A DNA stretch of 64,000 nt from an uncultured Acidimicrobiales bacterium (lineage in GTDB: Bacteria > Actinomycetota > Acidimicrobiia > Acidimicrobiales > Iamiaceae). Below, one piece after another: positions 1 through 10,874 of this stretch. The position numbers and the translations under genes were made by a program. Each line of letters begins with the position of its first letter. Position 1 is the stretch's first letter. Location of the stretch: positions 776,299 through 840,298 of the forward strand of contig CAWDAD010000003.1 of the NCBI GenBank assembly GCA_963800235.1, in the 5' to 3' direction. Under the pieces are notes generated by a model, which had not been told where the DNA came from, made no database searches, and saw only the letters and a program-made list of their open reading frames with translations.

Positions 1-131
1 GGTGTCGGGCTGCAGGCCGGCCCGGCGCCGGACCTGGCCGGCGTCGTGGAGCACCGCCTCGTCGGTGCCGACGGTGGTCAGCTCGGGCGGGCTCTCGGGC
101 AGGGGCAGGTGGCGGTCGGCGGTGGGCGCGG

Positions 132-1235
132 TCAAGGCGTGGGACCCCCGGGTCCGTCGAGGGACACGTAGGCCCGGCGCCACGGCTCGCCGTCGAGGGT
201 CCGCCACGAGTGGCCGCCGCCGGCGGTGTCCTCGGCCAGCAGCACATCGCCCGGTCCGAGGCGGAACGTCTCGCCGCCACGGGTGGTGAACTCGAGCCGT
301 CCCGTGAGGGTGATCACGTACTGGCGACGGGGCGCGTCGTGCCAGTCCAGGTGGGCGTCGGGCGGGCTCTCCTGGAAGCGCACCTCTGCGGCGGGCTCCC
401 ACGCCGAGGCCAGGTCGAGGCCGGTCTCGGCCAGGTCCACCTCGCCCTCGCTGACGTGCGACTGGCCGTCGGTGCCGGTGGAGAGCCGGACCAGGCGGAT
501 CACCGGCCGACCACCATGGCGGTGGCCGACCGGGTCGCTGCCGGCCAGCCAGGTCGAGCCGAGCCGGGCGAGGGTCCCGTCGGCGGCGAGCGCCCGTCGG
601 GCCGACTCGATGCCCTCGGCCAGCTCGTCGTCGTCGAGCCGGACCGCCACGGCGATCTGCTCGTCGGTGATGCCCGTCTCCACCACGTCGAGGGTCGGTC
701 GGTCCCGGGTGAGCCAGCGCATGACCGGCTCGAGCTTCATGAAGGCCCCGATGGCGCCCGAGGCCAGGTCGTCGAGGGCGGAGACGATGGCGTCGTAGTC
801 GTAGGTGCGGACCCCGCCGACGCCGCCCCCCGCCTGCAGGGCCTCGACCACCGGCTGGGAGGTGTTGCCCCGCTGGACCCCGACCACCACGCCGGTCAGG
901 TCGGCGGTCGACCGGACGTGCGGCGAGCGTCCGGTGTCGACGACCAGGCTCTGGCCGGAACGCAGGTACGGCGAGCAGAAGCGGGCGAGGGTGCGACGGT
1001 GGTCGGTGACGGTGGCGCCGGACGCGACCACGTCGCAGTCCCCGGTCCGCAGCAGGTCGTAGATGCCCTCGAAGTCCCCACCCGCGTAGGGGTGCAGCTC
1101 GAACGGGCGGCCGAGGTGGTCGGCCACCGCGCGCATGAGGTCCATGTCGAGGCCCGACGGCTCCTCGGCCGACACCTCGAACGGCGGGTCCGGGAAGGCC
1201 GACGCCACCCGGAGCGGCGCAGAGCTGGCGGCCAC
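132..1235 (-). CDS. Substrate-binding (PBP type-3-like) domain fused to a C-terminal cupin-like domain; no signal peptide, so probably cytoplasmic
   Basis: 367-aa ORF. The N-terminal two thirds resemble amino-acid ABC substrate-binding proteins (GDFEGIYDLL...DVVASGATVT...VQRGNTSQ). The C-terminal ~110 aa resemble a cupin (GETFRLGPGDVLLAEDTAGGGHSWR). No hydrophobic N-terminus. Confidence 0.55.
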   Translation of the reverse strand: MAASSAPLRVASAFPDPPFEVSAEEPSGLDMDLMRAVADHLGRPFELHPYAGGDFEGIYDLLRTGDCDVVASGATVTDHRRTLARFCSPYLRSGQSLVVDTGRSPHVRSTADLTGVVVGVQRGNTSQPVVEALQAGGGVGGVRTYDYDAIVSALDDLASGAIGAFMKLEPVMRWLTRDRPTLDVVETGITDEQIAVAVRLDDDELAEGIESARRALAADGTLARLGSTWLAGSDPVGHRHGGRPVIRLVRLSTGTDGQSHVSEGEVDLAETGLDLASAWEPAAEVRFQESPPDAHLDWHDAPRRQYVITLTGRLEFTTRGGETFRLGPGDVLLAEDTAGGGHSWRTLDGEPWRRAYVSLDGPGGPTP

Positions 1236-1333
1236 GAGCGGTCGTCCTCAGCCGGCGACGGACGGGTCGGGCCGGCCGGACCGGGCGCCGAGGGAGGGCA
1301 TGGCGGGCAAGGTAGCGGCCCGACCCACGCCGG

Positions 1334-1377
1334 TCTCGGGACGCTGGCCGGGCGATGACGCGGCCGGCGTCCCGAGA
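1334..1377. repeat. Palindromic element copy D: arms TCTCGGGAC / GTCCCGAGA around a 26-nt spacer, in the intergenic region before maf
   Basis: tctcgggac-gctggccgggcgatgacgcggccggc-gtcccgaga. Same 9-10 bp arms as the copies at 43668, 48465 and 60841. Confidence 0.5.
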
Positions 1378-1448
1378 TCGGACGGTCGACGAGCGGTGGG
1401 CCGGGCGGATCTCGGTCGGAGCCCCACGGTCCGCGAGGCTGGACGGCC

Positions 1449-2066
1449 GTGTCTGCCACCGCTCGTCCCCGCCTGGTGCTCGCCTCGGCGTCACCGGCCC
1501 GGCTGCGGCTGCTGCGCGACGCGAGGTTCGACCCCGAGGTCGCGGTGAGCGGCGTGGACGAGGAGGCCGTCACCGCCCCGACACCGGAGCAGCTGGTCGA
1601 GCGGCTCGCCCGGGCCAAGGCCGAGGTCGTGGCCGCCCGCTGCGGCGACCGGGGCGGGACGGCACCGTGGCTGGTGATCGGGTGCGACTCGGTGTTCGAG
1701 CTCGACGGCCACGCCGAGAGCAAGCCGGCGACCCTCGACGAGGCCCGGGCCCGGCTCCAGGCCGCCCGTGGCCGGTCCGGTCGGCTGCTCACCGGTCACT
1801 GCCTGCTCGCCCACGACGGGCGCCGGGCCGAGGCCGTCGCCGCCACGACGGTGCACTTCGGCGACTACACCGACGCCGAGCTCGACGCCTACCTCGCCAC
1901 CGGGGAGGCGCTCGAGGTGGCCGGCGGCTTCACCCTCGACGGCCGGTCCGCCCCGTTCGTCGACGGGGTCACCGGCGACCCCAGCAACGTCATCGGCCTG
2001 TCGCTCCCCACCCTCCGCCGCCTGCTCGGCCGGCTCGGCGTGTCGGTGGTCGACCTGTGGGCCTGA
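1449..2066 (+). CDS. maf: Maf-like nucleoside triphosphate pyrophosphatase
   Basis: 205 aa. Canonical Maf N-terminus (RLVLASASPARLRLL) and C-terminal GDPSNVIGLSLP. GTG start. Confidence 0.85.
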   Translation: MSATARPRLVLASASPARLRLLRDARFDPEVAVSGVDEEAVTAPTPEQLVERLARAKAEVVAARCGDRGGTAPWLVIGCDSVFELDGHAESKPATLDEARARLQAARGRSGRLLTGHCLLAHDGRRAEAVAATTVHFGDYTDAELDAYLATGEALEVAGGFTLDGRSAPFVDGVTGDPSNVIGLSLPTLRRLLGRLGVSVVDLWA

Positions 2067-2114
2067 CCGACGCCGACGACCCCGGCGCCGCTGCGGCTCG
2101 GGAACCGGCTGCAG

Positions 2115-3236
2115 GTGTGGCCGCCGGTGGTCCTGGCCCCGATGGCGGGGGTCACCAACTCGGCCTTCCGGCGGCTCTGCCGGCGCTTCGGCGGCGGCCT
2201 CTACGTCAGCGAGATGATCACCGCCCGGGCGCTGGTCGAGGGCAACCAGCGGACCGAGCGCATGATCGCCTTCGCCCCTGACGAGGCGCCCCGGAGCCTG
2301 CAGCTCTACGGCGTCGACCCCGCCACCATCGGCGAGGCGGTGCGCCGGCTGGTGGCGTCCGACCGGGTCGACCACGTCGATCTCAACTTCGGGTGCCCGG
2401 TCGCCAAGGTCACCCGCAAGGGCGGGGGCGCGGCCCTGCCGGTCCACCACCGGCTGCTGGCCGCGGTCGTGGGGGCGGCGGTGCGGGCGGCCGACGCCGA
2501 GGCGGCCCGACCGGGCGACGTGCCGGTGACGGTGAAGTTCCGGATCGGCGTGGACCCGGACCACCTGACCCACCTGGCGACCGGTCGCATCGCCGAGGCC
2601 GAGGGAGCGGCGGCGGTGGCGCTCCACGCCCGCACCGCCGAGCAGCAGTACTCGGGGTCGGCCGACTGGTCGGCCATCGCCGAGCTGAAGCAGGCGGTCA
2701 CCACCATCCCCGTGCTCGGCAACGGCGACGTCCTCGAGGCCGCCGACGCGCTGGCCATGGTCGAGCGGACCGGCTGCGACGGCGTGGTGGTGGGACGGGG
2801 GTGCCTGGGCCGTCCGTGGCTGTTCGCCGACCTGGCCGCCGCCTTCGACCGCCGGCCGCCGGGCCCGTGGCCGACCCTCGGCGGCGTGGTCGCCACCATG
2901 GTCGACCACGCCCGCCTGCTGGCCGACCAGGACGGCGAGGTGGCCGGGGTGCGCGCCCTCCGCAAGCACACCGGGTGGTACCTGACGGGGTTCCCGGTCG
3001 GCTCGGAGCTGCGCCGGTCGCTGAACCAGGTCGCCACCCTGGCCGAGCTCGACGACCTGGTCGCCGTCGCCCTCGACCGGCTCGGCCCGGACCACCCGTT
3101 CCCGGCGGAGGCCCGCCGCATGGTGCGCGGCCACACCCACGGTCCCCGGCGGGTGGCGGTGCCCGACGGCTGGTTCGAGTCCGCCGACGACCCCCGTCCA
3201 CCGGCCGGCGCCGAGCTGCTCGTCTCCGGCGGCTGA
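2115..3236 (+). CDS. dusB: tRNA-dihydrouridine synthase
   Basis: 373 aa with VLAPMAGVTNSAFRRLC ... DLNFGCPVAKVTRKGGGAAL and the conserved TIM-barrel layout. The in-frame upstream residues LRLGNRLQ also look DusB-like, so a non-canonical start near 2091 is possible. Confidence 0.85.
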   Translation: MWPPVVLAPMAGVTNSAFRRLCRRFGGGLYVSEMITARALVEGNQRTERMIAFAPDEAPRSLQLYGVDPATIGEAVRRLVASDRVDHVDLNFGCPVAKVTRKGGGAALPVHHRLLAAVVGAAVRAADAEAARPGDVPVTVKFRIGVDPDHLTHLATGRIAEAEGAAAVALHARTAEQQYSGSADWSAIAELKQAVTTIPVLGNGDVLEAADALAMVERTGCDGVVVGRGCLGRPWLFADLAAAFDRRPPGPWPTLGGVVATMVDHARLLADQDGEVAGVRALRKHTGWYLTGFPVGSELRRSLNQVATLAELDDLVAVALDRLGPDHPFPAEARRMVRGHTHGPRRVAVPDGWFESADDPRPPAGAELLVSGG

Positions 3237-3277
3237 CCGGTCGGGCGCAGGAGGGGCGGGCGGTACCGTCGGCGACG

Positions 3278-4096
3278 ATGGCCCAGGACGAGACGACCGG
3301 CGACCCCACGACCCGTCACCCGACGACCGGTGACCCAGCTACCGGTGACCCGGCGACCGGTGAGCAGGAGTACCGGCAGACCGGCTTCCGCCCCCCGCCG
3401 GGTTCGACCGAGCTGTTCCTGGTGCGCCACGGCGCGTCGGCCCCCCACGTCCCGGGGCGCAGCTTCGACCTGGTGGACGGCCACGGCGACCCGCCGCTGG
3501 CGCCGGAGGGCCACGAGCAGGCCGAGCGGGTCGCGGACCGCTTCGCCGGCGAGCACCTCGACGCCCTCTACGTCACGACCCTCCAGCGCACGGTCCAGAC
3601 CGTGGCGCCCCTGGCGCGGCGCCTGGGCATGGAGCCGCAGGTCGAGCGCGACCTGCGCGAGGTCGGCCTCGGCGAGTGGGAGGGCGGCCTGTTCCGGGAG
3701 AAGGTGGCCGAGGGCGGGCCCGTCGCCCAGCGCATGTTCGCCGAGGGACGGTGGGACGTCATCCCCGGCGGCGAGCCCCAGGCCGAGTTCGAGGCCCGGG
3801 TCACCGCCGGGCTGCGACGCATCGTGTCGGCCCACCCGGGGCAGCGGGTGCTGGCCGTGGTCCACGGTGGGGTGATCGGCACCGCGCTGGCCATGGCGGT
3901 GGGCGCCGACTACGGGTTCGCCTTCGTCGGGTCGGACAACGGCTCGGTGTCGCACCTGGTCTCGACCAGCGGTCGGTGGATCCTGCGCCGGTTCAACGAC
4001 ACGTCCCACCTGCGGCCCGGCTTCGACCTCCCGCCCGACCGGGACCAGGCCCGCTCGACCATGCGGTCGAGCAGCGGGCGGTCGTTCTCGGCCTAG
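3278..4096 (+). CDS. Histidine phosphatase (phosphoglycerate mutase-like) family protein
   Basis: ATG at 3278 inside the longer ORF 2393..4096. LVRHGAS...H catalytic RHG motif, and AVVHGGVIG later. Roughly 30 aa of Thr/Gly/Asp/Pro-rich N-terminus. Confidence 0.75.
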   Translation: MAQDETTGDPTTRHPTTGDPATGDPATGEQEYRQTGFRPPPGSTELFLVRHGASAPHVPGRSFDLVDGHGDPPLAPEGHEQAERVADRFAGEHLDALYVTTLQRTVQTVAPLARRLGMEPQVERDLREVGLGEWEGGLFREKVAEGGPVAQRMFAEGRWDVIPGGEPQAEFEARVTAGLRRIVSAHPGQRVLAVVHGGVIGTALAMAVGADYGFAFVGSDNGSVSHLVSTSGRWILRRFNDTSHLRPGFDLPPDRDQARSTMRSSSGRSFSA

Positions 4097-5238
4097 CCCC
4101 CCGGTCCGGGGGTGGGCGGCGAGAACTGCTGGACCATCTGCAGGATCAGGTCGATGGTGGCGTCGGCCAGCTTGTCGGCGCCGAACTCGCTCAGGTGGAT
4201 GCCGTCCTCCTGCCGGGCCAGGGTCGGAGCACCCGACCCGTCGGGCAGGTAGGCGGCGTAGCCGGGGTGGTCGGCCGGGCTGAGCACCGGCCGGCTGTCG
4301 AGGTAGCGGACCCAGGGCCGGGTCGCGGCCTGCGTCCGGTAGATCTCGTCGAGGGCGGCCATGCGGTCGGAGAACTGCTGGTCCCGCATGTACGGCTGGC
4401 CGACCCAGATGACGAGCCGGCCGTCGCCGGCCAGCAGGTCCATGGTGTCGCCGACCCGTCTCGTGTACTCGGCCTTCCACTCCGGCGAGTCGACCTGGAA
4501 GACGCCGTTCGGCAGCTCCATGCCCTGGGCGTCGTTGGCCCCGAACATGATCACGATGATCTGCGGCTTGGTGGGCAGCACGTGGTCGGCCAGCTCGGCC
4601 GGCCAGTCGAAGTAGTCGGGTCGGGTCAGCCCCGAGGAGATCCGGTAGTCGACGTCGACCGTGAAGCCGGGCCGCGCCCCGAGCTTCGACTGGAAGGCCA
4701 GGCCGTAGTCCCGGGTCATCGAGTCGCCGCCGATCCACACCTTCAGCGGATCCTGCGGGCTGGGCTGGTGGAGGACGATCGGCGGCGGGGCCGAGGGGGT
4801 GATGGCCACCTTCGGCTTCCGGGAGATGCCGTGCAGCACCGTCTTGCCGGTCTGGGTCTGACGCCCGATGGCCTGCTCGATGTCGGCCCGGGGACGGTTC
4901 AGCCGCAGCAGGTGGCTGACCGAGCGGAACGGGGTGACCACGGCCCGGGCCACGTCGCGCTGCCACCCGAAGTCCTGGCGGCTGGCGGTGGCGTAGAGCG
5001 AGTCGGCGTTGAGCAGGGCGCCGACCAGCAGGGCGATGAAGCCGATCTGCAGGACCCGGCCGGCCGGCATCCGTCGGGCCCCGCTGGTCCCGTGGTACCG
5101 CAGGGTGCGGGGCTCATCGTCGCCTCGGCGACCTCCGCCGCCGCGGCCGCGCGCCGGGCGCTCCGGTGGCGGCCGGTCGGGTCGGGGCGGGGTCGAGGGT
5201 TCGGTCACGAGGAGGCCGGCGCCGAGGGCTCGCGACAC
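4093..5238 (-). CDS. DUF459 / SGNH-hydrolase family membrane-anchored protein, the usual partner of the upstream MBOAT acyltransferase
   Basis: 381-aa ORF with a TM segment (VLQIGFIALLVGALL), WIGGDSMTRD (GDS block) and IIVIMFGANDAQ. An alternative ATG at 5070 (MPAGRV...) would drop a Pro/Arg-rich N-terminal tail. Confidence 0.7.
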   Translation of the reverse strand: MSRALGAGLLVTEPSTPPRPDRPPPERPARGRGGGGRRGDDEPRTLRYHGTSGARRMPAGRVLQIGFIALLVGALLNADSLYATASRQDFGWQRDVARAVVTPFRSVSHLLRLNRPRADIEQAIGRQTQTGKTVLHGISRKPKVAITPSAPPPIVLHQPSPQDPLKVWIGGDSMTRDYGLAFQSKLGARPGFTVDVDYRISSGLTRPDYFDWPAELADHVLPTKPQIIVIMFGANDAQGMELPNGVFQVDSPEWKAEYTRRVGDTMDLLAGDGRLVIWVGQPYMRDQQFSDRMAALDEIYRTQAATRPWVRYLDSRPVLSPADHPGYAAYLPDGSGAPTLARQEDGIHLSEFGADKLADATIDLILQMVQQFSPPTPGPGG

Positions 5239-5342
5239 GCGAAGGCCGCTGCCCGCGCCGGATCCGAGCGTACCGACGGTCCCGCCGCCGGACGCGGAGC
5301 GGCCCGCGCCCGGACCGGCGCCTGCCCTGGCGCGTGCACCGT

Positions 5343-6776
5343 TCAGAACTGGAAGTAGATGAAGGGGGCCACGCCGACGGGGCCGAGGGCGTCGATGATC
5401 AGGAGACCGACACCGAGGGCCACGCCCTGCAGCAGCGGCGCCATGCGGGAGAAGACCACCTGCCCCCGCTCGACCACGCCGGTCGGCACGAACTGGGCGG
5501 CGACCATGGCCACCACCGCGAACACCACCATGGGCTTCACCAGCGGGGCCGAGCCGAAGGCGAACAGGCGCCCGAGCATGGCGGTGGCCCCGCTGAAGTC
5601 GGGCGCCCGGAAGAACACCCAGGCCAGGCAGACCACGTGGAAGGTGAGCAGCCAGCGCCCCACCTCGCCGAGGGGCGACGCACCCCGGAACGGCTCGCCG
5701 GTGGCGTCACGGTGGGCGGCCCGCATCCGCCGCCAGGCCCGCTCGACGCACATGGCCCCGCCGTGGATGGCGCCCCAGATCACGAACGTCCACGCCGCGC
5801 CGTGCCAGAGGCCGCCGATGACCATGGTCAGGAACAGGTTGCGCTGGGTCCGGCTCTCCGAGCCCCGGTTGCCGCCGAGCGGGATGTACAGGTAGTCGCG
5901 CAGCCAGAACGAGAGGGTCATGTGCCACCGGCGCCAGAACTCCTGCACGGACCGCGACGTGTACGGGGCGTCGAAGTTCTGGGGGAAGCGCAGGCCGAGC
6001 AGCAGGGCGCAGCCGATGGCGATGTCGGTGTAGCCGCTGAAGTCGGCGTAGATCTGGATGGCGTAGCCGTAGATGGCGAACAGCACCTCGAGGCCCGAGT
6101 GCTGGTTCGGCACGGCGAAGACCGGGTCGACGATGGCGCTGGCCAGGAAGCTCGAGACCACGACCTTCTTGAACAGGCCGGCGAAGATCAGCCGGAAGGC
6201 CAGGGCCGAGTCGATGCGGCGGGGGTCGCCCTTGCCCTGCAGCTGGGGCAGCAGCTCGCGGGCCCGCACGATCGGGCCGGCGACGAGGTGGGGGAAGAAC
6301 GACAGGTAGACGGCGAAGTCGAGCAGCGGGTACGGCTCGGTGTCGCGCCGGTAGATGTCGATCACGTAGCTCATGGCCTGGAACGTGAAGAACGAGATGC
6401 CGACCGGCAGGATCACCTGCAGCAGCGGTGCGTCGACGCCGAGGCCGAGCTTGTCGAGGCCGCCGGCCACCGAGGTGACGAAGAAGCCGTAGTACTTGAA
6501 GAACCCGAGGATGCCGAGGTCGGCGACCACCGCCGCGGTCATCCAGCCCCGCCGGCCGCCGTCGGTCGGCGAGCGCTGGATCAGCCGGGCGGCCCCCTGG
6601 TTGATGAAGGTCGAGGCCAGCAGCAGCAGGGTGAACCGCGGGTCCCACCAGGCGTAGAAGAGGTAGCTGGCCACCAGCAGGAAGACGCGCCAGGCCACCG
6701 GGCGCGGCCGGAGCATCCAGCTGATGACGAACACCAGCGAGAAGAAGACGGCGAACTCAGGTGTGGGGAAGAGCAA
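5343..6776 (-). CDS. MBOAT family O-acyltransferase (AlgI/DltB/PatA-like)
   Basis: 477 aa, multi-pass membrane protein. N-terminus LLFPTPEFAVFFSLVF. The conserved His lies in ...GGLWHGAAWTFVIWGAIHG. TTG start at 6776. Confidence 0.85.
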   Translation of the reverse strand: MLFPTPEFAVFFSLVFVISWMLRPRPVAWRVFLLVASYLFYAWWDPRFTLLLLASTFINQGAARLIQRSPTDGGRRGWMTAAVVADLGILGFFKYYGFFVTSVAGGLDKLGLGVDAPLLQVILPVGISFFTFQAMSYVIDIYRRDTEPYPLLDFAVYLSFFPHLVAGPIVRARELLPQLQGKGDPRRIDSALAFRLIFAGLFKKVVVSSFLASAIVDPVFAVPNQHSGLEVLFAIYGYAIQIYADFSGYTDIAIGCALLLGLRFPQNFDAPYTSRSVQEFWRRWHMTLSFWLRDYLYIPLGGNRGSESRTQRNLFLTMVIGGLWHGAAWTFVIWGAIHGGAMCVERAWRRMRAAHRDATGEPFRGASPLGEVGRWLLTFHVVCLAWVFFRAPDFSGATAMLGRLFAFGSAPLVKPMVVFAVVAMVAAQFVPTGVVERGQVVFSRMAPLLQGVALGVGLLIIDALGPVGVAPFIYFQF

Positions 6777-6857
6777 CGCGGCTCCGGCTTCGGCGCGGTG
6801 CTCTCATCGTGGCCCGCCCGTCCTCGGCGGGGGTGCACCCTTGTCAGGGCAGGCGCG

Positions 6858-7096
6858 TCACCAGGGCCGGTTGCGCCGGATGGGCACCGGCTTCGACCAC
6901 CAGCGGCCGCTGAACCGCCACCGCGACGGCTTGGGCGGCTCGCTCGCCGCCGGCCTGGGCCACACCGCCTCGACGGCCGCCATGATGGCGGCCGCCTGTT
7001 GGGGAGTCGGCGCTGCTCCGCCTGGCGGCTGCGCAGCCTCACCCGAGGACCGGTCGCTGCGGTCCTCGGACCCGCTCGTCCCGGGCACGGCGCCAC

Positions 7097-7100
<4 letters not shown>
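6858..7100 (-). CDS. accE: Acyl-CoA carboxylase epsilon subunit (AccE-like small subunit)
   Basis: GTG start at 7100 overlaps the accD5 stop (GTGA at 7097-7100). 80-aa product with PTPQQAAAIMAAVEAVW and a Trp-rich basic tail (PSRWRFSGRWWSKPVPIRRNRPW) typical of PccE/AccE5. It sits in the frame labelled as the tail of the artefactual ORF 6858..8648. Confidence 0.55.
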
Positions 7101-8686
<1,586 letters not shown>

Positions 8687-8700
8687 AGCCGGCGGCGAGG

Positions 8701-9507
8701 TCAGGCCGAGGCGATGAGCCGCTCGGGACGGCGGTCGGCGGCCACCGCTCGCGGCGCCGACGCGGTCGACGGCAGCGTGGTGCCCGTCGGCTCGGGACCG
8801 CCACCGGGCGTGAACCGCAGCAGGTCGCGGTCGGCCAGCCGCTGGGCCAGCAGCGCCGCCGCCGACAGCTCGAGCCCGGCCCGCCCGGCGACCTCCTCGA
8901 GGGTCCGGTCGTCGCGGGCGGCGAGCAGGAGGCGCAGCTCGACCGGGGTGAGCACCAGGTCGCGGTCGTCGTCGCCGCCGGTGGCGGGGACGGGCACCTG
9001 GTCGAGCAGCACGGCCGCGGCAGGGTCGAGCAGGTCGTAGCGGTACTTGCGGTCGGCCAGCTCGATCATGGGCTCGACCCCCCACTGGCTCAACCCGCCG
9101 AAGGGGTGCTGCAGGTAGCGGTCGAGCGAGAAGGTGCCGGCGGCCACGCCGAGCAGCCGGGCCAGCGCCTCGACCGAGCTGTCGTGCATGACCTGCACCA
9201 CGCCCCGGAACTCGATGCCCGGCTCGGCGGCCAGCACGTAGGCGAGGTCGCGACCCGAGCGGACCTGGGCGGACACGTCGGGCAGCTGCTCCCGGGTCAC
9301 CACGCCGGCGGCCAGGAGCTGGCGCTCCATCGGGAGGCTGCGCCCGGTCGTGACCAGGGTGATGTCCCCGTCGAGGAGGTAGACGACGCCCGAGTCGGCG
9401 CCGTCTGACCCGTCGAGCACCAGACCGCCGGACTCCCGTCGCTCCGCGGCCCACCGGAGGACGTCACCGACCGTGGCGGTCGCCGAGATCTCTCCGCGAC
9501 GGATCAT
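8701..9507 (-). CDS. DUF4388 (PatA-like pseudo-receiver) domain protein with a C-terminal HTH-like segment
   Basis: 268 aa from ATG 9507 with an AGGAGA RBS about 11 nt upstream. N-terminal GEISATATVGDVLRW...GGLVL...GVVYLLDGDITLVTTG matches the DUF4388 pattern. C-terminus LTPVELRLLLAARDDRTLEEVAGRAGLELSAAALLAQRL is sigma-r4/LuxR-like. Confidence 0.6.
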   Translation of the reverse strand: MIRRGEISATATVGDVLRWAAERRESGGLVLDGSDGADSGVVYLLDGDITLVTTGRSLPMERQLLAAGVVTREQLPDVSAQVRSGRDLAYVLAAEPGIEFRGVVQVMHDSSVEALARLLGVAAGTFSLDRYLQHPFGGLSQWGVEPMIELADRKYRYDLLDPAAAVLLDQVPVPATGGDDDRDLVLTPVELRLLLAARDDRTLEEVAGRAGLELSAAALLAQRLADRDLLRFTPGGGPEPTGTTLPSTASAPRAVAADRRPERLIASA

Positions 9508-9687
9508 CGGAGCCTGGTCTCCTGTTCGACTGGTCAGAGGGGAAGGGACACCGCACCGGCGTCCTCCCAGAGGATCGGCAGGGCGGCGGCCCCGCTTGAG
9601 GGGGCCATATGGCCCGGTTTCCGGCTGCCGCGATCCGGCCGGCCGAGGGGACGGTCGGACCGGCGGTGCCGCAGTACCGTCGCCCCC

Positions 9688-10824
9688 GTGGACCTGCCGG
9701 TGTCGCCGCCCGTCTCCCCGATGCTCGCCAAGGCCGTCGACGCCCTGCCCGACGCCGAGCCGGGTTCGGTGCTGTTCGAGCCGAAGTGGGACGGATTCCG
9801 GGCCATCGTCTTCCGCGACGGCGACGAGGTCGAGATCGGCAGCCGCAACGAGCGGCCGCTGACCCGCTACTTCCCCGAGCTGCTCGACCCGCTCCGGGCC
9901 TCGCTGCCCGAGCGCTGCGTGGTCGACGGCGAGGTGGTGATCGCCGGCGACCGGGGCCTCGACTTCGACGCCCTGCTCCAGCGCATCCACCCCGCCGAGT
10001 CGCGGATCAACCGGCTGGCGGCGGAGACTCCCGCCAGCTTCGTGGCCTTCGACCTGCTGGCCGAGGGCGACGACGACCTGACCGGCGAGGCGTTCACCGA
10101 GCGCCGCCGCCGCCTGGCCGACGCCCTCGCGGACGCCCGCCCGCCCGTGCACCTCACCCCGCTCACCGACGACCGCGAGCAGGCCGCCGACTGGTTCGAG
10201 CGGTTCGAGGGGGCGGGGCTCGACGGCGTGGTGGCCAAGGCCGCCGACCTCGCCTACCTGCCCGACAAGCGGGTCATGCTCAAGGTGAAGCCGAAGCGCA
10301 CCGCCGACTGCGTGGTGGCCGGGTTCCGCATGCACAAGAGCGGCGACGGCGTGGGGTCCCTGCTGCTCGGGCTGTGGGACGCCGGCGACCCGCCGACGCT
10401 GCACCACGTCGGTGTCGCCACCAGCTTCAGCGCCAAGCGCCGCAAGGAGCTGCTCGGCGAGATCGAGCCGCTTCGGGCCGACTCGCTCGATGGCCACCCC
10501 TGGGCCGGGTGGGCCGAGCAGGAGGCCCAGGAGTCCGGCGGGCAGCGTCAGCCCGGCGCCCAGAGCCGGTGGAACGCCGGCAAGGACCTGTCGTGGGAGC
10601 CGCTGCGCATCGAGCGGGTCGCCGAGGTCGGCTACACCCACGTCCAGGGCGACCCCCGCCCCGCCATCCGCGGGGGATCCGGCGACCACGGCTGGGCGCC
10701 CGCCCGGTTCCGCCACGCCACCCGGCTGGTGCGCTGGCGACCGGACCGCGACCCGGCGTCGTGCACCTACGAGCAGCTCGACGTCACCGTGCCGATGGAG
10801 CTGGCCGAGGTCTTCGGCGCCTGA
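9688..10824 (+). CDS. ligC: ATP-dependent DNA ligase, LigC type (adenylation + OB domains only)
   Basis: 378 aa. DLPVSPPVSPMLAKAV N-terminus, KWDGFRAIV (motif I Lys), EGVVAK, LKVK motifs. No polymerase or phosphoesterase domains. GTG start at 9688, with an alternative ATG at 9721. Confidence 0.85.
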   Translation: MDLPVSPPVSPMLAKAVDALPDAEPGSVLFEPKWDGFRAIVFRDGDEVEIGSRNERPLTRYFPELLDPLRASLPERCVVDGEVVIAGDRGLDFDALLQRIHPAESRINRLAAETPASFVAFDLLAEGDDDLTGEAFTERRRRLADALADARPPVHLTPLTDDREQAADWFERFEGAGLDGVVAKAADLAYLPDKRVMLKVKPKRTADCVVAGFRMHKSGDGVGSLLLGLWDAGDPPTLHHVGVATSFSAKRRKELLGEIEPLRADSLDGHPWAGWAEQEAQESGGQRQPGAQSRWNAGKDLSWEPLRIERVAEVGYTHVQGDPRPAIRGGSGDHGWAPARFRHATRLVRWRPDRDPASCTYEQLDVTVPMELAEVFGA

Positions 10825-10874
10825 CGCCCCCGTTCCGCCGCCCGTTCCGCCGCCCACCACGAACCGGTCGCAGT

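Noticed and set aside
1491-3140. Very long ORFs (300-1400 aa) on the strand opposite to or out of frame with the recognisable genes (for example 1491..3140, 2306..4966, 5166..7217, 19038..20972, 23989..26970, 46591..50736, 31114..33720)
   Set aside because: Their translations are Arg/Gly/Pro/Ala homopolymer-like with no motifs. They overlap genes whose products align motif-for-motif with known families. Stop-codon scarcity in a 72%-GC genome produces such shadow ORFs routinely.
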